A DNA stretch of 64,000 nucleotides. It comes from the human T2T-CHM13v2.0 reference genome, Homo sapiens. The notes beneath the pieces were generated by a model that saw nothing but the letters and a program-made list of their open reading frames with translations, was not told the origin of the DNA and did no database searches. The DNA lies in NCBI RefSeq assembly GCF_009914755.1, contig NC_060933.1; one strand, given 5' to 3'. How positions within the stretch are numbered: position 1 is the stretch's first letter; every line of letters starts with the position of its first letter. Of the stretch, positions 12,660 through 27,183 are shown piece by piece. Both the position numbers and the translations under genes were made by a program.

Positions 12660-13606
12660 CCTAAACTCCAGGCTTATGTATCCAGCTGCCTACTTCAAAT
12701 CCATCTTAACCACAATATGTCCAAAATCAAAGTCTTGATCTTCCTCACCCCTGCCTCCTGAACTTGTCTTTTCTGCAATCTTCTACAACTCCTTAAGGGA
12801 AACATCATGTTGCCAGTGTCTTAGAGTCTTTCTTGACTGATCTCTTCCCGCACATCTCAGATCCAAATCTAGCATCAAATGACCACTTCTGATGACCTCT
12901 ACTGCCTTCACCCTATGCGGGTCACCATCATCTGTCATTCGGAGTGCTGCAATAGCTTCTTAATTAATCTTCCTTCATCTGACCTTTTTCCATGATAGTC
13001 CATTCTCAACTCAGCAGTCAAAATGATTCTTTTAAACCTAAGTCAGATCTTGCTTCTCAGATCGTATCTCTCAAAATCTTCCAATAGTGGGTCGTCTTCT
13101 GAGAAGGCTAAAGCCCCTTCTGTGACCTACAAGAGCTGGCCCACCCCTATCCCATTTGCCTTGCTGAATTCATCTTCCAGGGCTAGTCCATTTAGCCAGC
13201 TCCACCCCAGCCACACAGATCTCCCGGCTGTTGCTCAGACACCCAAGGCATGCTGCTGCCTTGGGGATTTTGCACTGGGGATATTTTCTGCCTGCTCTTC
13301 CCCAGAGAGGAGGTTTCTGTCACCTGTTTTGGGTCTTTGCTCAGTGAGGCCTACCCAAAACACACTATTTAAAATTGCAATCTCCCACCTCACACTCAGG
13401 AGGTAAGAGATTCTAAATCTATTCCCTGCACTATTTTTTCTCCGCAATACCACTAACTAACGGACTATATATTTAGTATGCATTTGTTCATTGTCCGTCT
13501 TCTCAACTAGAATTTAAGCTCCATGAGATAGGGGTGTAGATTTCTCTAATTCTACTATCGTACTTGCCAGCACAAGATGTGAGCATTGAGTAAATATTTG
13601 TAGATG
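12660..13606 (+). mobile_element. L2 (L2a-like) 3' portion
   Basis: aaactccaggcttatgtatccagctgcctact..ctagaatttaagctccatgag..taaatatttg. Confidence 0.8.
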
Positions 13607-13607
13607 A

Positions 13608-13727
13608 GGCCGGGCATGGTGGATCACACCTGTAATCCCTGCACTTTGAGAAGCTAAGATGGGAAGACAACTTAAGCTCAGGACTTCAAGATCGGCCTGA
13701 GAAATACGGTTAGACCCCATTTCTAAA

Positions 13728-13760
<33 letters not shown>

Positions 13761-13770
13761 GAAAGAAGGA

Positions 13771-13834
<64 letters not shown>

Positions 13835-14015
13835 AAAGAAAGAAAAGCAAGCAAGCATGGTACCTACACCTGTGGTCCCAGCTACCTGCGAGGCTGAGGC
13901 GGGAGAACTGCTGGGGCCCAGGAGGTCGAGGCTGCAACCAGCTGTGATTATACAACTGCACTTCAGCCTCGGTGACAAGAGTGAGACCCTGTCTCAAAAA
14001 AAAAAAAAAAAAAAA
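13608..14015 (+). mobile_element. Alu (AluJ-like) with ~130-bp (GA)n/(GAAA)n expansion in the central linker
   Basis: Starts ggccgggcatggtgg. Linker 13725-13855 is GAAA/GA repeat. Right arm and poly(A) present. Confidence 0.92.
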
Positions 14016-15344
14016 GAAGGAAGGAACCACAGACAAAGAAAAAAAAAAAAGAATGTCAGATGTAAGGTTGTGAGTTTCATACTGTCATACCGGATTGGGT
14101 GGCTAGAATCCCTGTACCAAACCCTGGTTATGTAGCTAGAGGATGGGTTTAGTGTCCTCAAAAGCAGAGGGTACTTGCTGTTCATTTCCTAATTGGGCTC
14201 AGAGAGTTGAAGGACCCACCTGTCTCTAGCAACCAGAAAGGGCAGGAGCTGGAAGGTAAGCTACAAGCAATCTAGCAGAGTGGTCTTGGAAACATTTATC
14301 ATGATGCTGAAGTGGTCAATTCAACAGATTGTTTCCCGTGTGCCACAGAGGGCATGATGACATGAAGAGAAGGGAGGGAGAAAATAGAAAGAAGTTGAGT
14401 CTAGAGAGGTTGTACAGGCACCACTAGAAGGAAGTGATGTGGGTGAACAAGAAACCACTGTCCAGATAAGGACATCATATCTCAGGGGAACCAGCATGAA
14501 TGGTTGATAATGGGGGACCAGATGCCCCACCTCGCCTGGACACAACATAGCACCCAGGAGAAATAGACACAACCCCATGGAGAGGAGAGAAGACCCTGAA
14601 TTGCCTGAAACTTATTTCAAGCCTCCTGGGTTAACAAGGGGCTTGAAATAAAAATAAGTCTAGTTAGAGAATAACAAAGATTTTTTATAGCCCCTAATCA
14701 TATGGAAAGTCTCATATGGGCTATGCATAAATGTTTTAGTGTCTATTGAAAGTCTGGGTCTTTTTTATCAACAATGAATATGAGCAATTCATCTGCTCTC
14801 AAATTATTTGTGATTCAATTTCAAAATAAAATTTTCCTACTACCCATCTTCAGGCTACTAGGTCAGTTTATTTGAAGTGTATCTTAAGAATTGCAAGGTA
14901 AGTTTTTTTTTTTTAAGTCACAATCAGCAACTGCTTATCTGTGTGCACCAGGATTTTCTTGATATGTTGCACCCAAAATAAAATGTAGATATGAGCTGGA
15001 TGCTGGCGTGGGTATGAGACCAGCACTGTCACCTAACTCCCATTTGAAGTATTCATGTTCATCCAAACAGGTCCATGGTTCTCATCAACTGGCTTTTTAA
15101 ACAGTTTGTATACATTTAGTTTTTTTAAAAATATATTTTAAATCGTTTTAATATTATTTATGTATTTTATAAGTTGAAATTGTTTGAAATTTCATTTGAA
15201 TAAAGGGCTGTTGCTGAAAATACTTACAAGCTACTGTTCTAGACAATATAAGGGTTTTCATTTTAAATACAATATTTTGAGAACTCTTTTGTTATATAAA
15301 CTGTTTATATATCTTATTATTAATATATTCTAGCTTGAGGCTAC

Positions 15345-15570
15345 TTACAATAACTATTTTTATCACTGCTCTGTCCAAGGAGTAGTACTAAGAATTTACA
15401 TTGATTATCTCTTTTAGTAATCCTCTTGACTCTGTTAAACAAACCATACTGTTGTCTACACAATAACATTTAAGAAAACTGAGATTTAAATAACTTGCCC
15501 CAAGTCAGACAGGTAAGAACTGATGGAGCTACTTGGCTTCAAAACCTGAATCCTTACCCACTGCATAATT
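15345..15570 (-). mobile_element. MIR fragment
   Basis: aagaaaactgagatttaaataacttgccccaagtca reverse core. Confidence 0.65.
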
Positions 15571-16157
15571 TTTTCAATAGACTCTCAAAACCTTATTTAT
15601 GAGAAATAAGTGAAAAATTCAAAACAAGAAGCCCAAACACCAAATTAACAATACAAGGCATGTGATATTGACTTACTTTAGAGAATACTGGCACTTTATC
15701 AAGCACTGTGAATCACACTTCAAAGGCACAAGGTTCCTCCCTCTTGGTTTGCCAGGGCTGTGGTGATCTCACAGAAGCGACTGTAGAACAAAATCTTCTC
15801 ACACTTGGAAAGTAGAGGGATCTGAGTTTATCTATGGGATGACCAACAACGTAACCACATTGTTGATAAAGCATCTTGAGATATCAGAAATAAACAGAGA
15901 GCTTCTTTTATTATGACATTAGTGAGGCCAACAGAACACAGCTGGAAGAAAAAACTAGGTACTATGAAATAGGCTTGCACTAGGGTAAACTGTGGTACCC
16001 CAGATTACTCCTTCTGCACAAAGTGCCTTCTGCACAAGGGACTGTCATCTCAGGGTGGTCCAGAGACCTTGGGGTTTTGTATCCATAGCACGCACTCTGT
16101 CCATGTTCTCACCTACATCTATTGCATCCCCACGTGTAACCAGCAGGTCTCAAGTTA

Positions 16158-16275
16158 TTTTTTTTTTATTTTTTATTTTTTTGAGACAGAGTCTCACTCT
16201 GTCACTCAGGTTGGAGTGCAATGGTGCAGTCTTGGCTAACTGCAACCTCTGCCTCCTGGGTTCAAGGGATTCTCC
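16158..16275 (-). mobile_element. 5'-truncated Alu (right-arm 3' part)
   Basis: Poly(T) plus gagacagagtctcactctgtc..ttcaagggattctc, flanked by caagttattt / caagttcttt (probable TSD). Confidence 0.88.
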
Positions 16276-16707
16276 CAAGTTCTTTATGACAAGGAACCTT
16301 GAACAAATCCTGGAACATAGAACCTGTATGGCAGAAAAATTGATGCCATGAACTTCTGGAGGCTGATGATGGGCTTTGAATGCAGATAAGTCAGAGCAAG
16401 CCACTCTGAGCTTGCTTCTCTATTTGTAAACTGAAGATAGCATCACCTGTTACCATGAGAATTAAATGAGATATAATATGTAACTCTCTTGCTTTTCTTC
16501 CTTCTTCAGATCTCTCTCTCCCTCCCTCTCTCCAGGCTCATTTATCTATCTTCCTATTTGACATTCCACTTGGATATCTAATAGATGTTTCCAATACAAT
16601 ATGATTAAAAGTGAACTTCTAGCCTCCTCCCAAAATTGTGCTATATCTGTGAGCTTTACCATATCAGTTGATGGTAACTCATGACAAAAATCTTGGAGTC
16701 ATTCTTA

Positions 16708-17288
16708 TGTAAAAATAATTTCAACTTTTATTTTGGATTCAGAGGGTGCATATGCAGGTTTGTTACATGAGTAGATTGCATGACACTGAGGTTTGGGATA
16801 TAAATACTCTTTCACCTACATAGTAAGCATAGTACCCAATAGGTAGTTTTTCAGCCTTTGTCCTCCTCCCTCCCTCCACCCTCAAGTCGGCCCCAATATC
16901 TATTGTTCCCCTCTTTGTTTCCATGTGTGCCAACGTGTAGCTCCCACCTATAAGTGACAAGATGAAGTATTTGGTTTTCTGTTCCTGTGTTAATTCACTT
17001 AGGATAATGGCCTCCAGCTGCATCCATATTGCTGCAAGGGACATGATCTCATTCTTTTTTATTGTTGCATAGTATCCCACACTGTATACATACCACATTT
17101 TCTTTATCCAATCCACTGTTAATGGACACCAAAGTTGATTTTATGTCTTTACTATTGTGAACAGTGCTTCAGTGAATATAAGTGTACATGCATCTTTTTG
17201 GCAGAATGATTTATTTTCCTTTGGATATATACCCAGCAATGGGATTGCTGGGTCAAATGGGAATTCTGTTTTAAGTTCTTTGAGAAAT
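16708..17288 (-). mobile_element. 5'-truncated L1 (old primate L1PA/L1PB type): ORF2 C-terminus and 3'UTR
   Basis: ORF remnants FLKELKTEFPFDPAIPLLGIYPKE and DWIKKMWY..AIILSELTQEQKTKY. TSD ttggagtcattctta (16693-16707) / ttggagttgttctta (17289-17303). Confidence 0.9.
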
Positions 17289-17396
17289 TTGGAGTTGTTC
17301 TTAACTTCTCTTTTCCTCTGACATCTTATGCGCAACCCCTCAGGGAATCTTGTCATATTTATTATTCAACACAGCATTCAAAGTCATACTTTGTGA

Positions 17397-17686
17397 GGCC
17401 AGGAGTGGTGGCTCATGCCTGTAACCCCAGCACTTTGGGAGGCGGAGGCAGGTGGATCACCTAAGGTCAGAAGTTCGAGACCAGCTTGGCCAACATGCCA
17501 AAACCCCATCTCTACTAAAAATACAAAAAGTAGCCAGACGTGGTTGCACACACCTGTAATCCCAGCTACGTGGAGGATGAGGCAGGAGAATTCCTTGAAC
17601 CCGAGAGGCAGAGGATGCAGTGAGCTGAGATCATGCCACTATACTCCAGCCTAGACAACAGAGTGAGACTCTGTCTCAAAAAAGAA
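17397..17686 (+). mobile_element. Alu (AluS-like)
   Basis: Full dimer. Degenerate TSD aaagtcatactttgtga / aaagtctttactttttga. Confidence 0.93.
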
Positions 17687-18464
17687 AAGTCTTTACTTTT
17701 TGAAACATGTATCAGATCATTGTCTTTATTGTGCTCAAAACCTTGCAGTACTGCTGCATTTCAGCCTCACTGAATGAATGCCCTGTAAGGCTTTATCAAA
17801 TCTGTATCTCCTTTTCTCCCTTTCTCTCTCTCCCTCCCTCACTCCCACTCACACCAGTCACACTGGAAGCCTCAAGCACACACTCACCTTCGAGCTTTCA
17901 TTCTGCCTATAATCTCTGCATGGAAGGCTCTTCTCTCAGATATCTCTTGGCTGACTTCCCAACACCATCAAGTCCTTAATCAAGTATTACCTTCTCAATG
18001 AGGATCACCCTGGCCATCCTACCTAATCCCCTAAATTTATTTGCCTCTTGTTCTTCTAATCTCCATTATATTATTCTACTTTTTTTGTATTTCCACATTT
18101 ACCACCTTCTAATTTGAGTGTTTATCATATTTTTTAATGTCTCATTCCCCTGCTAGAATGTAAGGTCCTAGAGGTCAGGAGTCTATGTCCGCATTGTTCT
18201 CTGATAAATGCCTAGAACCTAAAACAGAGCCCACAGAGTAGGTGTTCAACAAGTATTAGCTAAATGAATACCAAACATTTGAGACCATCCAATGAATGTT
18301 AACTCTCTTCTCCCTTCTTTGTTGCATAAAAGTTAGGTCAGTTGCCAAAGAGAGAACTAAGATATTCTTAAATCTCTCTGAGTAGCCATAAGAGCAGAAT
18401 CTAGAAACCTTCTGATTCCTGAGCAAGCAAGAAGTTGGGGCAAAACAGATAGCTTAAAAATCAT

Positions 18465-19110
18465 TAAAGGCATTTCCCATTTTAGTGAAAGGACCAAATG
18501 ATAATTTGACAAGTGGTTGGGAGAAACAAGCACTCTCATATATGTTTTATGGGAGTAAAAATTAATTCAACATCTTTAAAGGAATATTTCTAATCTCTAT
18601 CAAAGTTGTGAATACATATATGCCCTTTCACCCATCAATCACACATCTAGAAATTTCTCCTATAGATATATTTACATATGTAAAGATGATAAAAGGATAT
18701 TCCTTTCATCACTGTTTTAATTGCTGAAGATTAGAAACAACCTAAATATCCATTGGTAGAAGACTGGTTCAAAAAGTTACGGGACACTTGCAATGAAGTA
18801 TTCTGAAGCCACCAAAGAGAGCAAGGCAGATCTGTATATACAGGTATGGAATTATGTCCTACAGAAAAAACAAGGCAAAAAGCACCATGCATCACAAGCT
18901 GCCATTTGTTTATAAAAGGGAGATATACATAGAGTATCTCTAGATAAATAAGCAAAAATACTAGTAACAGTTGTTGCCTCAGAGGAAGGAGACCCGGCTC
19001 TGGGGAGCAGTGCTGTAATGGAGGCTTCTTTTCACTGGGTACTTCCTGTGTTGTTTGAATATTTTTTCCAAATGGAAATGCTCCTTGTTCAAACAAATAA
19101 CTTTTAAAAA
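18465..19110 (+). mobile_element. Ancient L1M (L1ME-like) 3' fragment
   Basis: atatgccctttcacccatcaatcacacatctagaaattt..ttagaaacaacctaaatatccatt..ctagtaacagttgttgcctc. Confidence 0.7.
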
Positions 19111-19989
19111 TCATATCACCCTTGAATACAAATTATTTTGGAGAACCCCTAATTCCTGGAAGTTTCTTTAGGCCAATATTTGCTTCTGAAAATTTGTCTT
19201 CTCAACTACTGTAAACCAGTCCTGTCGTGGTTCATTTCTATTACCATGGACGGCATGCTATTGGATTGGAAGTGATTTGCAATTTCCACCTTCACTGTTT
19301 TTAGTTTGCAAATGTGATGATTGATCCTGATGTTTCTGGTACTAATGATTAGTAGGATGGTCAGGATCTAGAGCACCTGGACAGATCAGGAGTCCATCTG
19401 GGACAGCAATACCAACTTCTTTTTCTAACTAGTCTTGTGAAAAAAAAAAAAAAATCAAAACCTAAGTAAGTGAAGCATCATGTTTCAGAGGCACGGAAAG
19501 TACTTCTGGAGTTGAGATGTCATGGATTCTACTCTTTATTTCTGGGCCTTTGGTGATCTCACCCAAAACACCCCTGGCCCTGCCTGGATCTCTGTTTCCC
19601 TGTTTGCGAAGTAAAAAGTTTACACCTCCTAAGCTTACACAAACACTTTCAGATTATAAGCATAATTGCCAAATATAATATACACTACTATTTCTCAATC
19701 TCAACAACAAGCATGCCAAAACAGTGGCAGGAAACCACAAAGCTAAAAATGAAAAAAAAAAAAAATTAAAGGTCAAGAACTACAGCATTGACTCCTACTC
19801 AGTTTAGCCTTTGCTTTCTCAAAGGATGATGTCACTAAAACACTGTGGGCTTTGGAATCTGATAAATCAAAGTTCAGCCCACTAAGTGGCAAGTACTTTC
19901 AATCCAGGGACTGAGTATCATTAACATTGTGTCCTCGATGCCTCCAGGAGTTCCTGATTCAGCATCACTCCCCCATGGATCAGTTCTCC

Positions 19990-21360
<1,371 letters not shown>

Positions 21361-21624
21361 ATTTTTGTGGGGAAAAAAGATAACCAAGCTTTGACACATA
21401 TTCTGTATGCTCCCAGGCAAATAGCACAAAACTTCTGAGTGAAATGTCTGTATCTGTAAAATGGATATAAAAATAATTAATTTACCATGTCTGGGAATAC
21501 ATTAAATAAGATTATATCTAAAAAATCTTATCCCTGTGCCTTATTATGATATCTTGTCAATAGATATCAGTTCTCTCCTCCTTGACCCCTCTTCTGGTAG
21601 TTTAAGTGAAGAAAATGATCTCTT

Positions 21625-22125
21625 CAATAAATAAACAAGTGATTTATTAAAGACATATGATTTGCTCAGATTACACAGTGTTTCAAGCAGCCAAGGTGAT
21701 AAAAATATAAAAGAAAAGGTCCCAGCTCTTACGGAGACCAGGAGACAGTGGAGAATCTGAAGTGGAAAAATAAAATAATAACCTGAGTTCCACAACAATA
21801 CAATAACAGCAAAGCAAGCTTTTTCAGAAACCTGCACAGGACAAGTTGCCAGGTAAGCTGGAAGTGCTAAGGGGGAGGCACTGGGAACCAGGTAGGGCCT
21901 TTTAAGAGGATAGACCGGAGGTAGGTAGAGAATGCGGTATATGTGGGTGTTGGTCAGCGCTGGTCGACGTAACAGCAGGAACAAAGAGAGCAGGAGTGTT
22001 CCAAGATCAAGGAGACTAGATTGCCTCAGACAAGGAGTCAGAGTAGATAATGCGGGGAGGTGTATGAAGTTTTTAATGCCAAATTATGGAAATTTGATTT
22101 TGTTCTCTAAACAGAAGTATTGAGA
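21625..22125 (-). mobile_element. L2 fragment
   Basis: ttcaataaataaacaagtgatttattaaagac..ggtcccagctcttacggag reverse L2. Confidence 0.55.
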
Positions 22126-23099
22126 ATGTAAACTTTTACAAATCTAGATGTATCACAACCATTTCAAATACTAAAGAAAATACAATATAACTTCCCCAAT
22201 TTGGTCTCTATGATTCGCCAAAATCAGTACTTCAGAGGAAGAATAGAAAAGAAGAAGGAAGGGAGATAGGCACCTGGCAAGCAGCCTATGTCTCATGAAG
22301 GTTTCACGTTGTGTATGAACATATGGTTGAATCATATCTCCATGACTTCCCAGAGAATGTGGATAAACAGCAGGTTGGCGTGTAGTGTCTTGGGAGTGTC
22401 ATCTCTGCTCCAGCGTCTGCCTCTGGCATGCTAGCCACTGGGCCTCTCCAAATCATAAGTTCTCTGCAAGGCTCACACAGCCAGAGAAGGCCCCATATGG
22501 GATGTTCATGTGAAAGGCTACAGTCCGTGAATTATCCCTAAGTATTTTGATGCATAGGATAATTCTGAGTGGGCCATTTGATCACCTCCACCACCTCCAT
22601 TCCCACCCCTCATTTTCCCTCCATTATCAACAATCCTAAGAATATATAAAACAAAAAACAATTAGTCTTGCTGCAAATTGAAGGGAAGAGGTTTAATAAA
22701 CAGACAATGATATATAACGTATATGTGTGTGTACATACATATATATCTATCACAAAAGCTGACCTTATATAGCCGTAGGAGGTTTTAGGGGGAATGCAAC
22801 TTGAAAAAAAAATTCATGAATTTCATCATCAACTTTCAATGTTCTACTGTTTTTCTGACTGAGCATGAAAGAATATGAAGTGGGCACCTTGCTATTCTTT
22901 CCATTCTGAGAATAGGAGGTGTGCCCTTTTCTAATTTTTCTATTCTGAGATTTCATCATAGGAGCCGAATCTTGGCAGTGCCAAAAACAGAGCATTCTCT
23001 TATGAGACTGTTCTCTCTCCTCCTCCTGATGGAAGAGGCACTCCCTCTGTACCTTGTCTTCTATGAACAAGAGCAACACCTCTTGCCTTTAAAGATTTA

Positions 23100-23416
23100 G
23101 TGGCAACCTGATCACTTTTCAGATCGATTTAACTCCTTTTCCTGAAAGTTCACTTTAAACTGTCAACCACCACCTACCTGTTCCTGAGACTAGGTCAAGT
23201 CCATCAGAATTAGGTTCATGTAGCCCCTTTGTCATTTTTTTAAATAGCATCTAGTACAATTCACGATTGTATATTTTGTGAGTTGTATTTGTAATGTTTG
23301 TCTTCCTCAATGGACCCTAACTCCACAGCAGCAGAAGAAGTGTGGGTTCTGCTCACCATTGTGTCCTCAGCATCTACCCTAGCACAAAACTCTTAGGTGA
23401 TACTTAGTAACTATAG
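23100..23416 (+). mobile_element. L2 3' fragment
   Basis: aatgtttgtcttcctc..gctcaccattgtgtcctcagcatcta, running into the GGAA repeat. Confidence 0.6.
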
Positions 23417-23506
23417 AAGGAAGGAAGGAAAGAAGGAAGGAAGGGAGGAAGGAAGGAAGGAAGGAAGGAAGGAAGGAAGGAAGGAAGGAAGGAAGGAAGG
23501 AAGGAA
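23417..23506. repeat. (GGAA)n microsatellite
   Basis: 20 GGAA units in total, 15 of them consecutive (23447-23506). Confidence 0.97.
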
Positions 23507-24189
23507 TTAGACAGAGATTCACTTTTCCACTGTTCCTCCAAGGTCTCTGCCCACCCTTTCTTCTTATATTAATTCATAAAGTATGGTAAGGAATCAATTG
23601 GGGACTCTCAGAGATAGAGGGATAGATCTCCTTCTATCAATGTTAGGATTGAAGCCTAACACTTGCCCAAATGGGCCACAATCAAGTCACCAAAAGATAG
23701 GTCTAGATTTTATGGTGATTTCAGTTATTGTTGTTCATGATTTAGTAATAACTAGGGATATTCAGATTCCAAGTAACATGTGATAATTATAACAGAGATA
23801 GACACAAATTACTGTAAGACTACTGTGTCAGGAAGGTACTGATCCTCCTTGGGAGAGTGAGAGACAGTAAGATACACGAGCTGTTTGAAGAAGTTGGCAT
23901 TTGAACTGTACTTTGAAGGGTGCATGGTAGATTGTATTAGGGTGAATGAAGAGAAAGTCATTGTAGCAGAGAAGACAACATGATAAAGACCCAGAGATAT
24001 GGAAATACCTGATGATTCAGACAATGGTGAAAGGTTTGGGAAGACAGGAATGGAAGATATAAATTGGAAGTTGTAGGAGACTGAGCTAGGGTGATAAGTT
24101 CTCTTCTATATATTCCCCACCAGGACTGAAGCAGAGAAAGAAGAGGGTAGGATTTAGACAAGTTTAGAGAGGAAATGTAATAGAGGAAA

Positions 24190-24405
24190 ATGCATGGGTT
24201 TTGAGGGTCCAAAGGACTGGAACTCAAATACTAGTTGTGCCATGGTCTAAGTTTGTCACATTGGATAATTTTATTTAGCTTCTCTGAGCCTCAGTTTCAT
24301 CTGAAAGAATTCATATAATACCTGCCTCAAATACCTGCAACAGGACCAAAAGCAAACACATATGCAAAATCCTGGCATATAGCTGGATTTCTTTTAAATG
24401 TTCAT
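24190..24405 (+). mobile_element. MIR fragment
   Basis: ttctctgagcctcagtttcatctg core. Confidence 0.7.
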
Positions 24406-25639
24406 TTTCTTTTACGTGTGAGTTTCATTTCACTTCTTTTCACCCTTCCAGATCTCTCCTCACTTCTGCTCACTTCATCAAGCCCCATTCCACAAGGTGA
24501 CCAGTGTTGGCTTTAGCTTTGGATGGCTCCTTTTGGCTCACTGCTTGATTCAAGCATCATCCCAGATCTCTGCATAGCTGTATCTTCCTATCCCTCAAGT
24601 TGAAGCATTATCGAAAGGTTTTGGTTGGTTATTTGTAATTGCTGGGTGGAATTCCAAGGTTCCTCTCACCTCCTGCCCAGCCCACATCCTCCCTAACCCC
24701 CACCACCCCAGTAGATGGGAAAAAGAAGGTGTGAGGCTCCCTGGGAGCTTGGCTATTGTTTGAGGGAACTGGAAGCCACCGTGCTCAGAGTGTCCATCCT
24801 CCCTCCTCCCAGCACATGCTGCTTCCTGTCAATCATCCTGGAACACCGAGTGCTGGGCCAGACAATTTTGTCCACAGGATGTTTGTTTGAAGGCGCTGCC
24901 TTGCCAAGTCTCAAAGCTCAAGACTTCCGCTGACAATCCAAACACCAAAATGAGAAAAGGGGAAAAACCTCTGGGCAGTTCTTTTAATCCCTAATAAGGC
25001 CTATTTATATTCAAAAATAGCAACAGGTTATCTGAACTTGCAGAGGCTGAAGAGGCTAGGAAGCTTGATCTTTAAAATCCTGAGCTCCAGGGAAGTTGAA
25101 ATACAGGTTTCTAAGAGTGGACACTAAAAGCATGTCCTCAAAGCACCTTTAGCTTATTCCACAGTCAGCTTTCATAAATGATCAACTCCTGTTTTTATGG
25201 GCACACCTGACTGCACTGTCCAGAGGGTAAATGCCTTGCTACTAAGCCACAAAGCAAAAGAATTTGCAAGACATATATGGATATAAATTTAAGGTGCTCA
25301 ACCCAAGCTACAGGATAAATCTAACAGTCTGGGGTCACTGTGTAAATTTCTGCTATCATTTCAGGGTTTGCACACAATCTGAGAAATGTTGGGGTCTCTC
25401 ACTAATGATTAACCTAAAGCAAGAAAGTTTGGAAAATGACCTTAAAACATGTTATATTTTATTCAGGGAATAGGTAAAAGATTTTTCCTGGATGTAAATA
25501 ATTAAAAGATTCCCAGTTGACTTTTGGAGACTCAGTAGTTGAGAGCCCTTGACATGTCTATTTCTACAGCCTCTGTAATTACCAAACAGGAATCTTGAGC
25601 CTCTGTGTATTTATCAACCATTATTTATAATCTCTATGT

Positions 25640-25790
25640 CTCCAGGCAAATGACTTAATCTCTCTGAGGTTACTTTTGTCTGTGAAAATGCATCGTTATC
25701 CAAACTCTATTGGAATGTAATAATGCTTAAGCGAGATCAAGTGTGAAATGTGCATGGCATGCAAGAGGTGCTCAATAAATGGTAACTTAG
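25640..25790 (+). mobile_element. MIR fragment
   Basis: ggcaaatgacttaatctctctgag..gaggtgctcaataaatggta. Confidence 0.7.
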
Positions 25791-26828
25791 AAAATAGAAA
25801 ACCAGGGAGAATTTGAGAGGCATTCCTAGGACTGACTTTAAAGTGACTTCAACTACCACTTTCACCTTCTCAACAAAGTATTAGGGACACATTAGCAGTA
25901 ACCCTGATATGTGAAAGCAAGCCACAAAAGCCTCTAGTAGAAGCAGTTTTGAGATAAACATGATCCAAATATGCCTTATTGAGAGCATCCTAATCTCAAC
26001 AGTCAGTGGTCAAATAAATGACAAGTTTGTGAGCAGAATCAGGAATAAAAAAGCAGTACACTCCAGTATATTCCTGAAACATTAACACACACCTGTCAGG
26101 AAATGATACCAAGAAGCAGGACTTTCACAGTCCTTGCGGATGACCTTGCAGAGGACCCCAAGTTACACTGATGTTTAAGTTTAAGGTACCCCAAGTTTTG
26201 GAACCATCTGTTCAAGTTCTGGCCAGATTTCCATGCAGTATGCAAATGTCCTAAGAGAAAAATTATTTCCCAGGTTACTACAAAGAGATGTATATTCTGA
26301 AATTTTTCCAAAGAAATTTCTGTTATACAGAATATGGGTTTGGGGAAAGGTTATTAAACCAAGCCACTAAACTTCAGCATTAATGGACTACATACAAGGG
26401 AAAAAATACATTGTTTTAATAATTAGGAACATATTGATATTAATTTTATTATTTTATATGTGTTGAAATGGCAAAGATGTAAAAAAAACTACCAACTACT
26501 AGAATATTGAAGAATTTGAGGATGAAATTCACATACACTCCACATATAGTGGTGGTAGTAACATATAGCAGAGACTTTATAAACCAATACAAAAGTATGT
26601 AGCAAGGTTATTAAAACAGATTCATAATTTCTGACCTAGTAATGCCAGTTTTGGAATATCTATCCAAATGAAGTAATAAGGAATATAGTCAAATATCCAT
26701 ATTCACAGTTATCACATTATTTATAACAATATTTCCATTAAAAGTAGAAATACCCTAAATATCTTATAAGAAAACAGGCACATGGTACTATTATTATAAA
26801 TTATGGAGCCATTACAAACCATGTTTTC

Positions 26829-27183
<355 letters not shown>

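Larger units (their letters stand above)
16500..18270 (+). mobile_element. L2 fragment interrupted by an L1 and an Alu
   Basis: gacattcccacttggatatctaatag..aaaaatcttggagtcattctt resumes after the L1 at 17289. Ends ctagaatgtaaggtcc..gagtaggtgttcaacaagtattagctaaatgaat. Confidence 0.75.

Noticed and set aside
14061-14700. Possible ancient LTR starting tgtaaggttgtgag
   Set aside because: It has an LTR-like look, but I could not match a family or find the other terminus or a TSD.
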